From Psychrobacter cryohalolentis K5 (GTDB lineage: Bacteria > Pseudomonadota > Gammaproteobacteria > Pseudomonadales > Moraxellaceae), in the NCBI RefSeq assembly GCF_000013905.1, contig NC_007969.1, forward strand, positions 840,001 through 872,000: a DNA stretch of 32,000 nt. The letters run 5' to 3'. Both the position numbers and the translations under genes were made by a program. The notes beneath the pieces are model-generated. The model saw nothing but the letters and a program-made list of their open reading frames with translations, was not told the DNA's origin and ran no database searches. Numbering within the stretch: position 1 is the first letter of the stretch; each line of letters opens with the position of its first letter. Below are positions 1 through 7,282 of this stretch, in pieces.

Positions 1-10
1 GATAAATAAA

Positions 11-1114
11 TTAACCACCAATCATCGACAAGTTATTCATAATGCCACTGTTCGAGTCATGAAGATGATGGTGCTCAGGTTTAATGGGCATAAAACTATG
101 TAAAGTACTGACCAGTCCTGCAACATCATCTTGCTGCAAATGCTCACGAATGTCGTAATTGCCTTGATCAAATAAGCACAGATGCACTTTGCCTTGACTG
201 CTAACCCGCAGGCGATTACAGCTGTCACAAAAATGGGCTGCATATGGGGCAATCAGTCCGATACGCCCTTTATAATCAGGATGACTGTACTCAATTGCTG
301 GACCGTCGTTACTGCCGCGTTCATGAGTTTGCCAGCCGTCTTCTATCAGATAATTGGTAATGATGTCGGTTTGCGCATGCTGAGCAAAAAACAAATCGCT
401 GTTGTCACTGGTCTGCATAAATTCAATAAAGCGATAAGTGACTGCTCTATCTTTGACATAATCAATGGCATTCATTAAGTTTTCAAAGGCAGTTTCTGCC
501 ATCAGAATGCTGTTTATTTTAAGCTTAATATCGGTGGTTGCCAGCAAGGTATCCATATCAGCCAAGAGTTGCGGCAACATATCAAAGCCAGTCATCTTAT
601 GGAAAGTAGCGGCATCAAAGCTGTCCATACTGATATTAAGCTGATTTAGTCCAGCTGCCTGCCAACTAGCCAGGTGCTTACCAAGCTTATAACCATTACT
701 GGTCATGGCAACGGTTTCAATGCCTTCAGTGTTTTTGATTGTTTTAATAATGTCTACCACATCACGGCGTATAGAAGGCTCACCGCCCGTAATCCTGACT
801 TTTTTGGTGCCAACTTGGGCAAATCCGCGGATTAACGTAGCAATTTCAGCGACACTAAGCTCATCTTGGGGAGGTTTGCCTTGATAGCCATTGGGCAAGC
901 AATACTCACAGCGAAAATTACAGAAATCAGTAATCGATAAACGCAAATAGGTCAGACGTCGTGCAAAGCCATCTGTTAATGGTTGAGCTAAGTTAACTGC
1001 AGAATCAGTAGACAAAACTGCCAATTTCGATGGTAAATGATCATCAAAAAAACTAGATGCAGCAGTAGGCGAATACAGTTGAGCATTTCCTACGGTGGGG
1101 GCAAGATGGTTCAT
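11..1114 (-). CDS. moaA: GTP 3',8-cyclase MoaA (radical SAM, molybdenum cofactor biosynthesis)
   Basis: 367-aa ORF. It has the radical-SAM CNFRCEYC cluster and the LRLSITDFCNFRC context typical of MoaA, plus the C-terminal CDSCNRLRVS second-cluster motif and a GG terminus. It carries about 40 extra N-terminal residues relative to E. coli MoaA. Confidence 0.9.
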   Translation of the reverse strand: MNHLAPTVGNAQLYSPTAASSFFDDHLPSKLAVLSTDSAVNLAQPLTDGFARRLTYLRLSITDFCNFRCEYCLPNGYQGKPPQDELSVAEIATLIRGFAQVGTKKVRITGGEPSIRRDVVDIIKTIKNTEGIETVAMTSNGYKLGKHLASWQAAGLNQLNISMDSFDAATFHKMTGFDMLPQLLADMDTLLATTDIKLKINSILMAETAFENLMNAIDYVKDRAVTYRFIEFMQTSDNSDLFFAQHAQTDIITNYLIEDGWQTHERGSNDGPAIEYSHPDYKGRIGLIAPYAAHFCDSCNRLRVSSQGKVHLCLFDQGNYDIREHLQQDDVAGLVSTLHSFMPIKPEHHHLHDSNSGIMNNLSMIGG

Positions 1115-1342
1115 AGATGATTACCATTAATATAAAATATAGTGTGTACTTTTAAGCGTTGCCTCAGGTTGTGAGTGAAATAGGCTATTCAGGTATAAAT
1201 ATGACCGAGTAACTACAAATAACGATCAACCGTCATTCAATTAGTGACTAACACCAGAGTAGCAGTTAGATAATAAATGTTAAGTTTCACACGGTCTATA
1301 GCATAGAGGTTTATTCACTGTATCATTTTTAAGCGACATTCA

Positions 1343-2632
1343 CTATATCCAAGGGAAAGGTTGCACTTGTACGCTTTCGCCAGCGGCTACATTGCCAGAA
1401 TCTTGTGCCATTACAATAAAGCAGTTGGCATGGCTCAGCTGTTTGATACGGTGTGATTGTTGTTTGGTAAAGCTTTCAACGTAAAAAATGCCTGCTTCAT
1501 CTTGGGTTAAAACGCCTCTTTGGAAGTCCTTACGACCCGCTGATTTTTTAACATCGTTTTTAAGTGTTGCCATGACTGTTAATTGCATGGGTCGCTCTGA
1601 ATGAGACGCGCCTGCCATTTGCCACAAAGCAGGAATTACAAACTGTAGCGTACCAACGACCGTCGATAGTGGATTACCAGGCAAACCAAAATATAAGACA
1701 GGCTTGGCAAGGTTTTGCGTCAGCTCACCAAAGACAAACGGCTTACCAGGTTTCATTGCGACTTTGTAGTGGTTAATCTTGCCCAATTGCTCAATGACGG
1801 TGGTCAAAAAATCATAATCACCAACGGATACACCAGCGGTAGAGATCAGTACGTCACACTCTTGCATGGCTTGAGTGACAGCAGCCGTCGTTTTGTCTAA
1901 ATCATCAGGGATAATCCCATAATCACGAATATTTATAGGTAAATCAGAGAGCAGACTTTTAAGAGTGGGGGTATTAGAGTTATAAATCTGCGCCAAGCTT
2001 TTAAGCGCATTACCAATCGCAACCAGCTCGTCGCCTGTCGCGAGCACACCAACCGTCAAGGGTTGATAAACGTTGACTTTATCAAAACCCAAATTCGCCA
2101 ATAAACTGATATCAGCAGGATTTAGGCGCTTACCTTTGAGTAAAACGGCTTCTCCCGCTGCAATTTCTTCGCCTTGTTTGCGAATATGGTCATCAGACTG
2201 AGCCGTTTGGCTAAGGATGATTGAGTATGGCTTTGATTTATCAATGCTGCCTTTTATCGCGGCAAAATTGGTGTTTTCTTGCATGATAACGGTATCACAT
2301 TCATCAGGTACGACTGCACCAGTAAAGATGCGTACTCCTTGACTTGACTGGATATCACCATTATAAGGGCTACCAGCTTGCGATTCTCCGATGATGGTGA
2401 TGGTAGTATTTGTTGCAAGCTTAGTCCTTTTAGCAATCGCATAACCATCCATCGCAGATAGGTTCTGTCTTGGTACCGAAAAAGGCGAGACGATATCTTC
2501 AGCCAGTATGTGATGACAGCTGTCTAATAAATCGTAGTTACTGACGGCTCTTTTATCAAGCGGATAGTCGTTATTATTATAATTCTCTACGCGCTGCTGT
2601 ATCTCAGCTACAAGCCCTTCAACCGTAATCAT
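1343..2632 (-). CDS. moeA: Molybdopterin molybdenumtransferase MoeA
   Basis: 429-aa ORF with MoeA-like features (SAMDGYA, TGDEL, ISTAGVSVGDYDF, MKPGKP, GLPGNP). It lies directly upstream of moaA on the same strand. Confidence 0.88.
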   Translation of the reverse strand: MITVEGLVAEIQQRVENYNNNDYPLDKRAVSNYDLLDSCHHILAEDIVSPFSVPRQNLSAMDGYAIAKRTKLATNTTITIIGESQAGSPYNGDIQSSQGVRIFTGAVVPDECDTVIMQENTNFAAIKGSIDKSKPYSIILSQTAQSDDHIRKQGEEIAAGEAVLLKGKRLNPADISLLANLGFDKVNVYQPLTVGVLATGDELVAIGNALKSLAQIYNSNTPTLKSLLSDLPINIRDYGIIPDDLDKTTAAVTQAMQECDVLISTAGVSVGDYDFLTTVIEQLGKINHYKVAMKPGKPFVFGELTQNLAKPVLYFGLPGNPLSTVVGTLQFVIPALWQMAGASHSERPMQLTVMATLKNDVKKSAGRKDFQRGVLTQDEAGIFYVESFTKQQSHRIKQLSHANCFIVMAQDSGNVAAGESVQVQPFPWI

Positions 2633-2898
2633 AACCTTGTACTCATCTTATTAATGTTGAGCTATATATAGCATCAGACATACTTTATACCATAAGAATG
2701 ACATGGCTGACAGGGATTTTATAAGCGGAGTCGTAAGATATGATTGAGGTTGTACGTTAGAAAATAAATAAAAATAGAGCAGATTTTCATATCACTTTAC
2801 CGAGATGGTTTTTTATCGCTTGCTCGAAGAAAACGATGCAGAAGCTTCAAAAAACCATCCCAGTAATACTATTTTGTCATTAACAATTGCTTATAACC

Positions 2899-4098
2899 TT
2901 AAGCCAGCTCTATACTCATTTTGGGACCAAAGGGTTCGTAATGAATGTTATTAAGGACATGGTCAAGGATGATCAGGCTATCAATAATGCTTTCCATAAA
3001 AGGCATGGAACCACAAACATAAATATCAGCAAGTTTAGGCAAATTGCTAAGCCAAGCTTCATTCAGAATCTGCCCAGACTCAAAGTAAAAAATGTGCTTT
3101 TCTACGTTTGTCGCAGTAGCCAATAGTTTATTAACTTCACTATCAAAAGCATGATGCTCTCGGTTTTGGCAAGCATAAACCCAAACGATAGGACGTTTTG
3201 GATTGGCGGTAACTTGAGCTTCTAACATGGATAAAATAGGTGTCACGCCAACGCCAGCACTGATCAGTACCAAGGGAATATCGTTTTGCTGTACCAAATC
3301 TTGGTCTAGCTCAAAATCACCAGCCGGTGCCGACAATAAAACGGTGTCACCGATGGCTAGATGATCATGTAAATAATTAGACACTAGACCATGATGCTCA
3401 TTGCGATTGTCACGTCTAACTGCAAACTGGATACCTTGATCGCTATTGGCTGAGTACAAAGAGTAGTGACGCAGAGCAATATGTTCGCTTTCTGCTGGGT
3501 CTGTTTTTACGGTAATGTATTGACCGGCAGACAGTTTAATCTTGCTTAAATCGATAGTCTGATTGTTTACTGAATGGTCATTTACCGGGACGACGGTAAA
3601 GGCGGCGATATCAGTCGCTGCTTCTGCTTTTGCCGTTACTATAAACGGTGCAAAGCCTTGCCACATTGCTTGCTCATACATACCATGCTCGATTTGGATA
3701 AATATCGAGGCAATCTCATCATAAGCTTCTGCCCAAGCCGTAAGGATATCGTCAGTTGCTGCATCACCCAATACTTCCTTGATGGCAGCAAGCAGATGCT
3801 TGCCAACGATAGGGTAGTGCTCTGGTAGGATTTGTAAGGCGCGATGCTTATGGCTGATTTGCGTCACTTGCGGCAATAATGTCGCTAAGTTTTCTAGATG
3901 TTTAGCCGCTGCCAAAACCGTCATTGCCAGTGCAGTCTGTTGACGACCAAGCTTTTGATTGGTTTCATTAAAAATATCAAGTAGTTCAGGATGCTCATGA
4001 AACATATTCTTATAAAATACAGTAGTAATCGCGGTTCCATGCTCTTCGAGTACCGGTACCGTTGCTTTGACGATTGCTAATGTTTGTAGTGACGCCAT
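2899..4098 (-). CDS. hmp: Flavohemoprotein / nitric oxide dioxygenase Hmp
   Basis: 399-aa ORF. It has an N-terminal globin domain (VKATVPVLEEHG, FYKNMFHEHPEL), the FAD-binding RHYSL motif and the NAD-binding ISAGVGVTP motif. An AAAGGA ribosome-binding site lies upstream of the ATG. Confidence 0.92.
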   Translation of the reverse strand: MASLQTLAIVKATVPVLEEHGTAITTVFYKNMFHEHPELLDIFNETNQKLGRQQTALAMTVLAAAKHLENLATLLPQVTQISHKHRALQILPEHYPIVGKHLLAAIKEVLGDAATDDILTAWAEAYDEIASIFIQIEHGMYEQAMWQGFAPFIVTAKAEAATDIAAFTVVPVNDHSVNNQTIDLSKIKLSAGQYITVKTDPAESEHIALRHYSLYSANSDQGIQFAVRRDNRNEHHGLVSNYLHDHLAIGDTVLLSAPAGDFELDQDLVQQNDIPLVLISAGVGVTPILSMLEAQVTANPKRPIVWVYACQNREHHAFDSEVNKLLATATNVEKHIFYFESGQILNEAWLSNLPKLADIYVCGSMPFMESIIDSLIILDHVLNNIHYEPFGPKMSIELA

Positions 4099-4250
4099 TG
4101 TGGATCCTTTAGTGAATATTCACATTGATAGTATTTAGTGATTTAAGATTAATGAACGAAATTAATAACGATAATCAAAATTCTGAACCGCCGAATGAGC
4201 CAATAAAACGCAGTGACTCAACATTTAAAAATCAAATCGTTAACCGAAAT

Positions 4251-4279
4251 TATAAGATTCATTTTAAATGAATCTTATA
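4251..4279 (-). promoter_or_regulatory. NsrR-like operator, a perfect 14-1-14 inverted repeat, upstream of hmp
   Basis: TATAAGATTCATTT-T-AAATGAATCTTATA is a perfect palindrome. The 23-bp core AAGATTCATTTTAAATGAATCTT (4254-4276) resembles the 11-1-11 NsrR consensus AAnATGCATTT-n-AAATGCATnTT as I recall it. A minus-strand TATAAT (4249-4254) overlaps one arm. Confidence 0.55.
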
Positions 4280-4482
4280 GTATATTATCTCTGTTCTAAT
4301 ATCAATGATGCAATACTATTGTACTGATTCCTTTTGGCAACATTTCTGTATCACAATCTAATTTTACTTTGCAGGCAAAGAGGTTCACTTATGCAAAGTC
4401 CACATACATAAATCATTAGCTTTAAAACGCTACGATTCATTAAATAGATGTCCCGTCCTAAAATAGATTGATAGTTTTTGCT

Positions 4483-4513
4483 AAGCCAGATACCCTGAGT
4501 ATCTGGCTTTTTT
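4483..4513 (+). terminator. Hairpin plus T-run just inside the IS-A left end
   Basis: AAGCCAGATAC-CCTGA-GTATCTGGCTT forms a perfect 11-bp stem, followed on the plus strand by a T run. On the minus (transposase) strand the same hairpin follows the orfB stop but has no U tract. Confidence 0.5.
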
Positions 4514-4516
4514 GTA

Positions 4517-5323
4517 TTAAGCAGGACATAAATAACCGTCATGTACCTCAGCAGGTGTTCTCATATTCAAACTTAAATGCGGTCTGATATGGTTATAGAC
4601 ATAAATAGACTCATCGATCAGCTGTTTAAGCTCACTCATCGTATTGCACTCATACAACAAGAACTCATTCTTTAAAATCCCATTAACGCGCTCAGCCAAT
4701 GCATTTTGATAACAATCATAGCCATCGGTCATAGACGGTGAGATGTTATTTGCTCTAAGCACCTCTTGATACTCTGATGCACAGTACTGAAGGCCTCTAT
4801 CAGAGTGATGAATCGCTTTATGAGTATAACGCCGCCTTTGAGCTGCCATCTTAAGCGCTTTTACAACCTCAGTCGCTGGCATACTCTCACTTAAATGATA
4901 CCCCATGATCTGTCTTGAATACCCATCCGTTACTAACGATAGGTAGTGCGTCCCTTGTTTGGATGTGACATAAGTAATATCAGCCACCAAGGTTTGTTCA
5001 GGCTTGATAGGCGCAGGGGCATCTTTCGTTAGATTGGGATGTTTTTTCATCCAGTGCTTACTAAAGGTTGTCTTTGTATAGCTACGTTTAGGCATCACTA
5101 ACAAGCGGTGTGCTCTTAGATAATCAAAGAAGCCATCACGGCCAATCTTTATGCCATGAGCCATCAGCTTAGGCTTAATGAGCCAATATAACTTCCGACC
5201 CCCTATACGAGGCATGAGTATTCGATACGCTTGCACCCAGTCTTTGATGACAGCAAACCTGCTTGCTTTGTCATGCTGCCGAATACGGTGTTGATAAACC
5301 GCTTGCGGACTAACACTAAGCAA
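4517..5323 (-). CDS. IS3-family transposase OrfB (rve/DDE integrase core), probably expressed as an OrfAB fusion
   Basis: It has DDE-type motifs (VADITYV, HSDRGLQY, NALAERVNG). The reading frame stays open upstream to the slippery site, and the -1 frame reads KKVFYGILWKLKTDKQISLAQGCRLLSVSPQAVYQH. Confidence 0.85.
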   Translation of the reverse strand: MLSVSPQAVYQHRIRQHDKASRFAVIKDWVQAYRILMPRIGGRKLYWLIKPKLMAHGIKIGRDGFFDYLRAHRLLVMPKRSYTKTTFSKHWMKKHPNLTKDAPAPIKPEQTLVADITYVTSKQGTHYLSLVTDGYSRQIMGYHLSESMPATEVVKALKMAAQRRRYTHKAIHHSDRGLQYCASEYQEVLRANNISPSMTDGYDCYQNALAERVNGILKNEFLLYECNTMSELKQLIDESIYVYNHIRPHLSLNMRTPAEVHDGYLCPA

Positions 5324-5343
5324 CCGGCATCCTTGAGCTAAAC

Positions 5344-5736
5344 TTATTTGTTTGTCTGTTTTGAGTTTCCAAAGGATGCCGTAGAAGACTTTTTTCTAGC
5401 ATTTTCTCCATAGTCATTTTCAAATACTTCGACTACTTTACTTAAAATAAGGTTATGTGCTTTGGCATCAGCCAGTTCACGTTCTAGGCGTTTGATGGTT
5501 TGGGCAGGGGTTTCTTTATGCGGCATAGTCTGGCTCTTAAGGGGATGGATCCAGTCTAATTTACCATGCTTTCGCAGCCACACCAAAACGGTACTGCGTC
5601 CTTGTATGCCATAAATTGCTTGCGCTTGTTTATAGGTCATGTCGCCTTTTTCTACACTGTCAACGACGGCTAATTTAAAGCCTAAAGTATAATCTTTTTG
5701 AGTGCGTTTAACCTTTACAGTGTCTAACTTGTCCAT
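5344..5736 (-). CDS. IS3-family transposase OrfA (HTH DNA-binding)
   Basis: I chose the start at ATG 5736 (MDKLDTV...) because an AGGAG sits 7 nt upstream. The longer ORF in the track starts at a TTG inside the terminal inverted repeat. There is an HTH-like segment (MTYKQAQAIYGIQGRSTVLVWLRKHG) and a leucine-zipper-like C-terminal part. Confidence 0.85.
   Translation of the reverse strand: MDKLDTVKVKRTQKDYTLGFKLAVVDSVEKGDMTYKQAQAIYGIQGRSTVLVWLRKHGKLDWIHPLKSQTMPHKETPAQTIKRLERELADAKAHNLILSKVVEVFENDYGENARKKSSTASFGNSKQTNK
5389..5395 (-). other. Programmed -1 ribosomal frameshift heptamer A AAA AAG (IS-A orfA to orfB)
   Basis: On the minus strand, AGA AAA AAG lies in the orfA zero frame. orfB is in the -1 frame and open across this site. 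This is the classical IS3-family motif. Confidence 0.7.
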
Positions 5737-5784
5737 GAATAAGCTCCTTTTTCGTAAACTTATTTCAGGACGGGACAAGATGGC

Positions 5785-5804
5785 ACAAAAAAGCCCTGTT
5801 AGGT
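5785..5804. terminator. Left half of an intrinsic terminator hairpin split by IS-B
   Basis: AAAAAAGCCCTGT (5786-5798) is the exact reverse complement of ACAGGGCTTTTTT at 7231-7243. Removing IS-B and one GGT copy restores AAAAAAGCCCTGT-TAGGT-ACAGGGCTTTTTTT. Confidence 0.7.
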
Positions 5805-5836
5805 TGAACTGACCCCCAAATGTTGGACGGTTTAGT

Positions 5837-6640
5837 TTATATCAAGGACTGAGTTCTGTACTTAACAGGACTCAGTCCTTTTAGTTTGAGTTGAATTCTT
5901 TCATGATTATAGTAGTGAATATACTCATGAATCTGTTTCTCTAAACCTTCAATCGAATTAGGCTTTTCAATATAAATCGTCTCACACTTTAGGGTACCAA
6001 AGAACCCCTCCATGAGCGCATTATCCAAACAGTTGCCTTTTCTGCTCATACTTTGCTTAATACCATGCTGTTTCAGCACCTGTCCAAACAGTCTCATTTG
6101 ATAATGCCATCCTTGATCAGAGTGCAGCATTAACTTGTTATCACGGCACGCTTTCGTCTTTGCCAAAGCATCCTCTAGCATCTTGCCAACTAAGTCATAA
6201 GTGGGTCTCTTTGAGAGTGTATAACTGACAATCTCATTGTTATAACAATCAAGTATGGGTGACAAATACAGCTTATCATCACCCACCTTAAACTCAGTAA
6301 TATCGGTCAGCCAGCGCTTATTTGGTTTATCTGCATGAAACTGGCGTTTTAAATAGTTCTTCGCAATCTTACCTTGTTGTCCTTTATAGGAGCGATACTT
6401 CTGACGTCTTATCTTTGCGCTAAGCTTCATGTCATGCATAAGCTTAGCGATGAGCTTATGGTTATGATGACAATCTAGCTGCTTTAATGCAGCCGTGACT
6501 CTACGATAACCATACCTGCCTTTATGCTGATGGTAAAGCTCAGTAATACGCTGTTTTAAGTCTCCATATTTGTCTTTAACGTCAAACTGACACCTATGGT
6601 AGTAAAAGACACTTTTAGCCATCTTAGCGATGTTTAGCAA
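5837..6640 (-). CDS. IS3-family transposase OrfB (DDE integrase core), probably expressed as an OrfAB fusion
   Basis: It has DDE-type motifs (WLTDITEF, HSDQGWHY, NALMEGFFG). The frame is open upstream of the listed start, and the -1 frame reads KARLIEALRQEHPLSALLNIAKMAK. Confidence 0.85.
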   Translation of the reverse strand: MLNIAKMAKSVFYYHRCQFDVKDKYGDLKQRITELYHQHKGRYGYRRVTAALKQLDCHHNHKLIAKLMHDMKLSAKIRRQKYRSYKGQQGKIAKNYLKRQFHADKPNKRWLTDITEFKVGDDKLYLSPILDCYNNEIVSYTLSKRPTYDLVGKMLEDALAKTKACRDNKLMLHSDQGWHYQMRLFGQVLKQHGIKQSMSRKGNCLDNALMEGFFGTLKCETIYIEKPNSIEGLEKQIHEYIHYYNHERIQLKLKGLSPVKYRTQSLI

Positions 6641-6663
6641 AGCAGATAAAGGGTGCTCTTGTC

Positions 6664-7182
6664 TTAGTGCTTCGATGAGCCTTGCTTTTTGCCTGCTTGT
6701 TCCTCCGCTTTGAGCAAGGCATCGAGCTTTTTTAGGTACGCAACCTCTGCACGTAGGTATTCATTCTCACGCTTAAGCTCTGCTAAGGTTTTCTCATCAT
6801 CTGGTTTGCTTGTGATAAATGGCTTGGTCATGGCGGCTCTACCTTTAGGCTTGGTTATTAGTCCAGACATGCCTTGTTGTCGATATGCTTTGTGCCAGTG
6901 GCTAATTAAAGCAGGTGAGCTGATATTAAATGTTAAAGCGACCTCGGATTGACTTAATCCTTGCGTCAGCATGGTCGTAATCACTTTGTATTTAAACCCA
7001 CTGCTGTATTTAGCCTTACTTGTCTTTGGCTTGATCGCGTCTATACCACCGCTTTGATATTGCTTAACCCATTTTTGTACAAGTTTCGAATCTACTTTAA
7101 ACTTCTCACTTGTGGCAAGTCCGGTATGTCCTTGCAGATAGTATGCGATGACTTGCATCTTAAAGTCTAGATCGTAACGCAT
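6664..7182 (-). CDS. IS3-family transposase OrfA (two HTH domains)
   Basis: I chose the start at ATG 7182 (MRYDLDF...), which has GGGGGT 7 nt upstream. The longer track ORF starts at a TTG within the terminal repeat. There is a coiled-coil-like C-terminus (LKRENEYLRAEVAYLKKLDAL). Confidence 0.85.
   Translation of the reverse strand: MRYDLDFKMQVIAYYLQGHTGLATSEKFKVDSKLVQKWVKQYQSGGIDAIKPKTSKAKYSSGFKYKVITTMLTQGLSQSEVALTFNISSPALISHWHKAYRQQGMSGLITKPKGRAAMTKPFITSKPDDEKTLAELKRENEYLRAEVAYLKKLDALLKAEEQAGKKQGSSKH
6685..6691 (-). other. Probable -1 frameshift site C AAA AAG (IS-B orfA to orfB)
   Basis: On the minus strand, GGC AAA AAG CAA lies in the orfA frame and orfB is open in the -1 frame across it. 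It is not a perfect X XXY YYZ heptamer. Confidence 0.5.
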
Positions 7183-7189
7183 AAAAATA

Positions 7190-7219
7190 CCCCCATAAGT
7201 TGTGTCCAACTTATGGGGG
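7190..7219 (-). promoter_or_regulatory. 12-bp perfect stem-loop pairing the IS-B terminal repeat with the orfA ribosome-binding site
   Basis: CCCCCATAAGTT (7190-7201) and AACTTATGGGGG (7208-7219) are separated by a 6-nt loop. In minus-strand RNA the downstream arm carries the GGGGG Shine-Dalgarno-like element in front of ATG 7182. Confidence 0.6.
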
Positions 7220-7227
7220 TCGGTTCA

Positions 7228-7244
7228 GGTACAGGGCTTTTTTT
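7228..7244. terminator. Right half of the IS-B-split terminator, downstream of the DUF697-like gene
   Basis: GGT (target duplication) followed by ACAGGGCTTTTTTT, complementary to 5786-5798. It lies 39 nt past the stop of the 7283-7798 gene. Confidence 0.7.
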
Positions 7245-7282
7245 ATTAAGCGATAGGTAACTTCTTTATTTAAAATAGCACT

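Larger units (their letters stand above)
4449..5777 (-). mobile_element. IS3-family insertion sequence (1329 bp), complete, here called IS-A
   Basis: The terminal inverted repeats TGTCCCGTCCTAAAATA (4449-4465) and TATTTCAGGACGGGACA (5761-5777) match at 16 of 17 positions and have TG...CA ends. A 3-bp direct repeat AGA flanks the element (4446-4448 and 5778-5780). It has orfA plus orfB with an A AAA AAG slippery site. Confidence 0.9.
5805..7227 (-). mobile_element. IS3-family (IS150-group-like) insertion sequence (1423 bp), complete, here called IS-B
   Basis: The 24-bp terminal inverted repeats TGAACTGACCCCCAAATGTTGGAC (5805-5828) and GTCCAACTTATGGGGGTCGGTTCA (7204-7227) match at 21 of 24 positions and have TG...CA ends. 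A 3-bp direct repeat GGT flanks the element (5802-5804 and 7228-7230). The two-HTH OrfA resembles the IS150 organisation. Confidence 0.9.

Noticed and set aside
1115-1342. Possible Moco riboswitch in the 228-bp gap upstream of moaA
   Set aside because: I read the minus-strand leader and found none of the GC-rich conserved elements I associate with the Moco RNA motif. The region is AT-rich with no obvious multi-stem structure. A covariance-model scan (Rfam RF01055) would settle it.
2804-2859. 11-bp inverted repeat GATGGTTTTTT / AAAAAACCATC with a 34-nt spacer between hmp and moeA, as a possible terminator
   Set aside because: The loop is very long, the stem is mostly A/T, and no U tract follows on the minus strand. 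I cannot tell whether hmp, moeA and moaA are co-transcribed.
4112-4123. 12-bp perfect palindrome GTGAATATTCAC just upstream of the hmp ribosome-binding site
   Set aside because: Short AT-rich palindromes arise easily by chance in this composition, and it matches no operator consensus I know. The larger palindrome at 4251-4279 is the better regulatory candidate.
4351-4542. 63-aa ORF on the minus strand
   Set aside because: It spans the IS-A terminal repeat and the flanking DNA and overlaps the end of orfB. It has no ribosome-binding site and is an artefact of the junction.
4449-7227. Composite transposon formed by the two IS elements
   Set aside because: The two elements have different inverted repeats, lengths and transposase sequences. 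Only 27 bp of terminator DNA lies between them, and each has its own target duplication.
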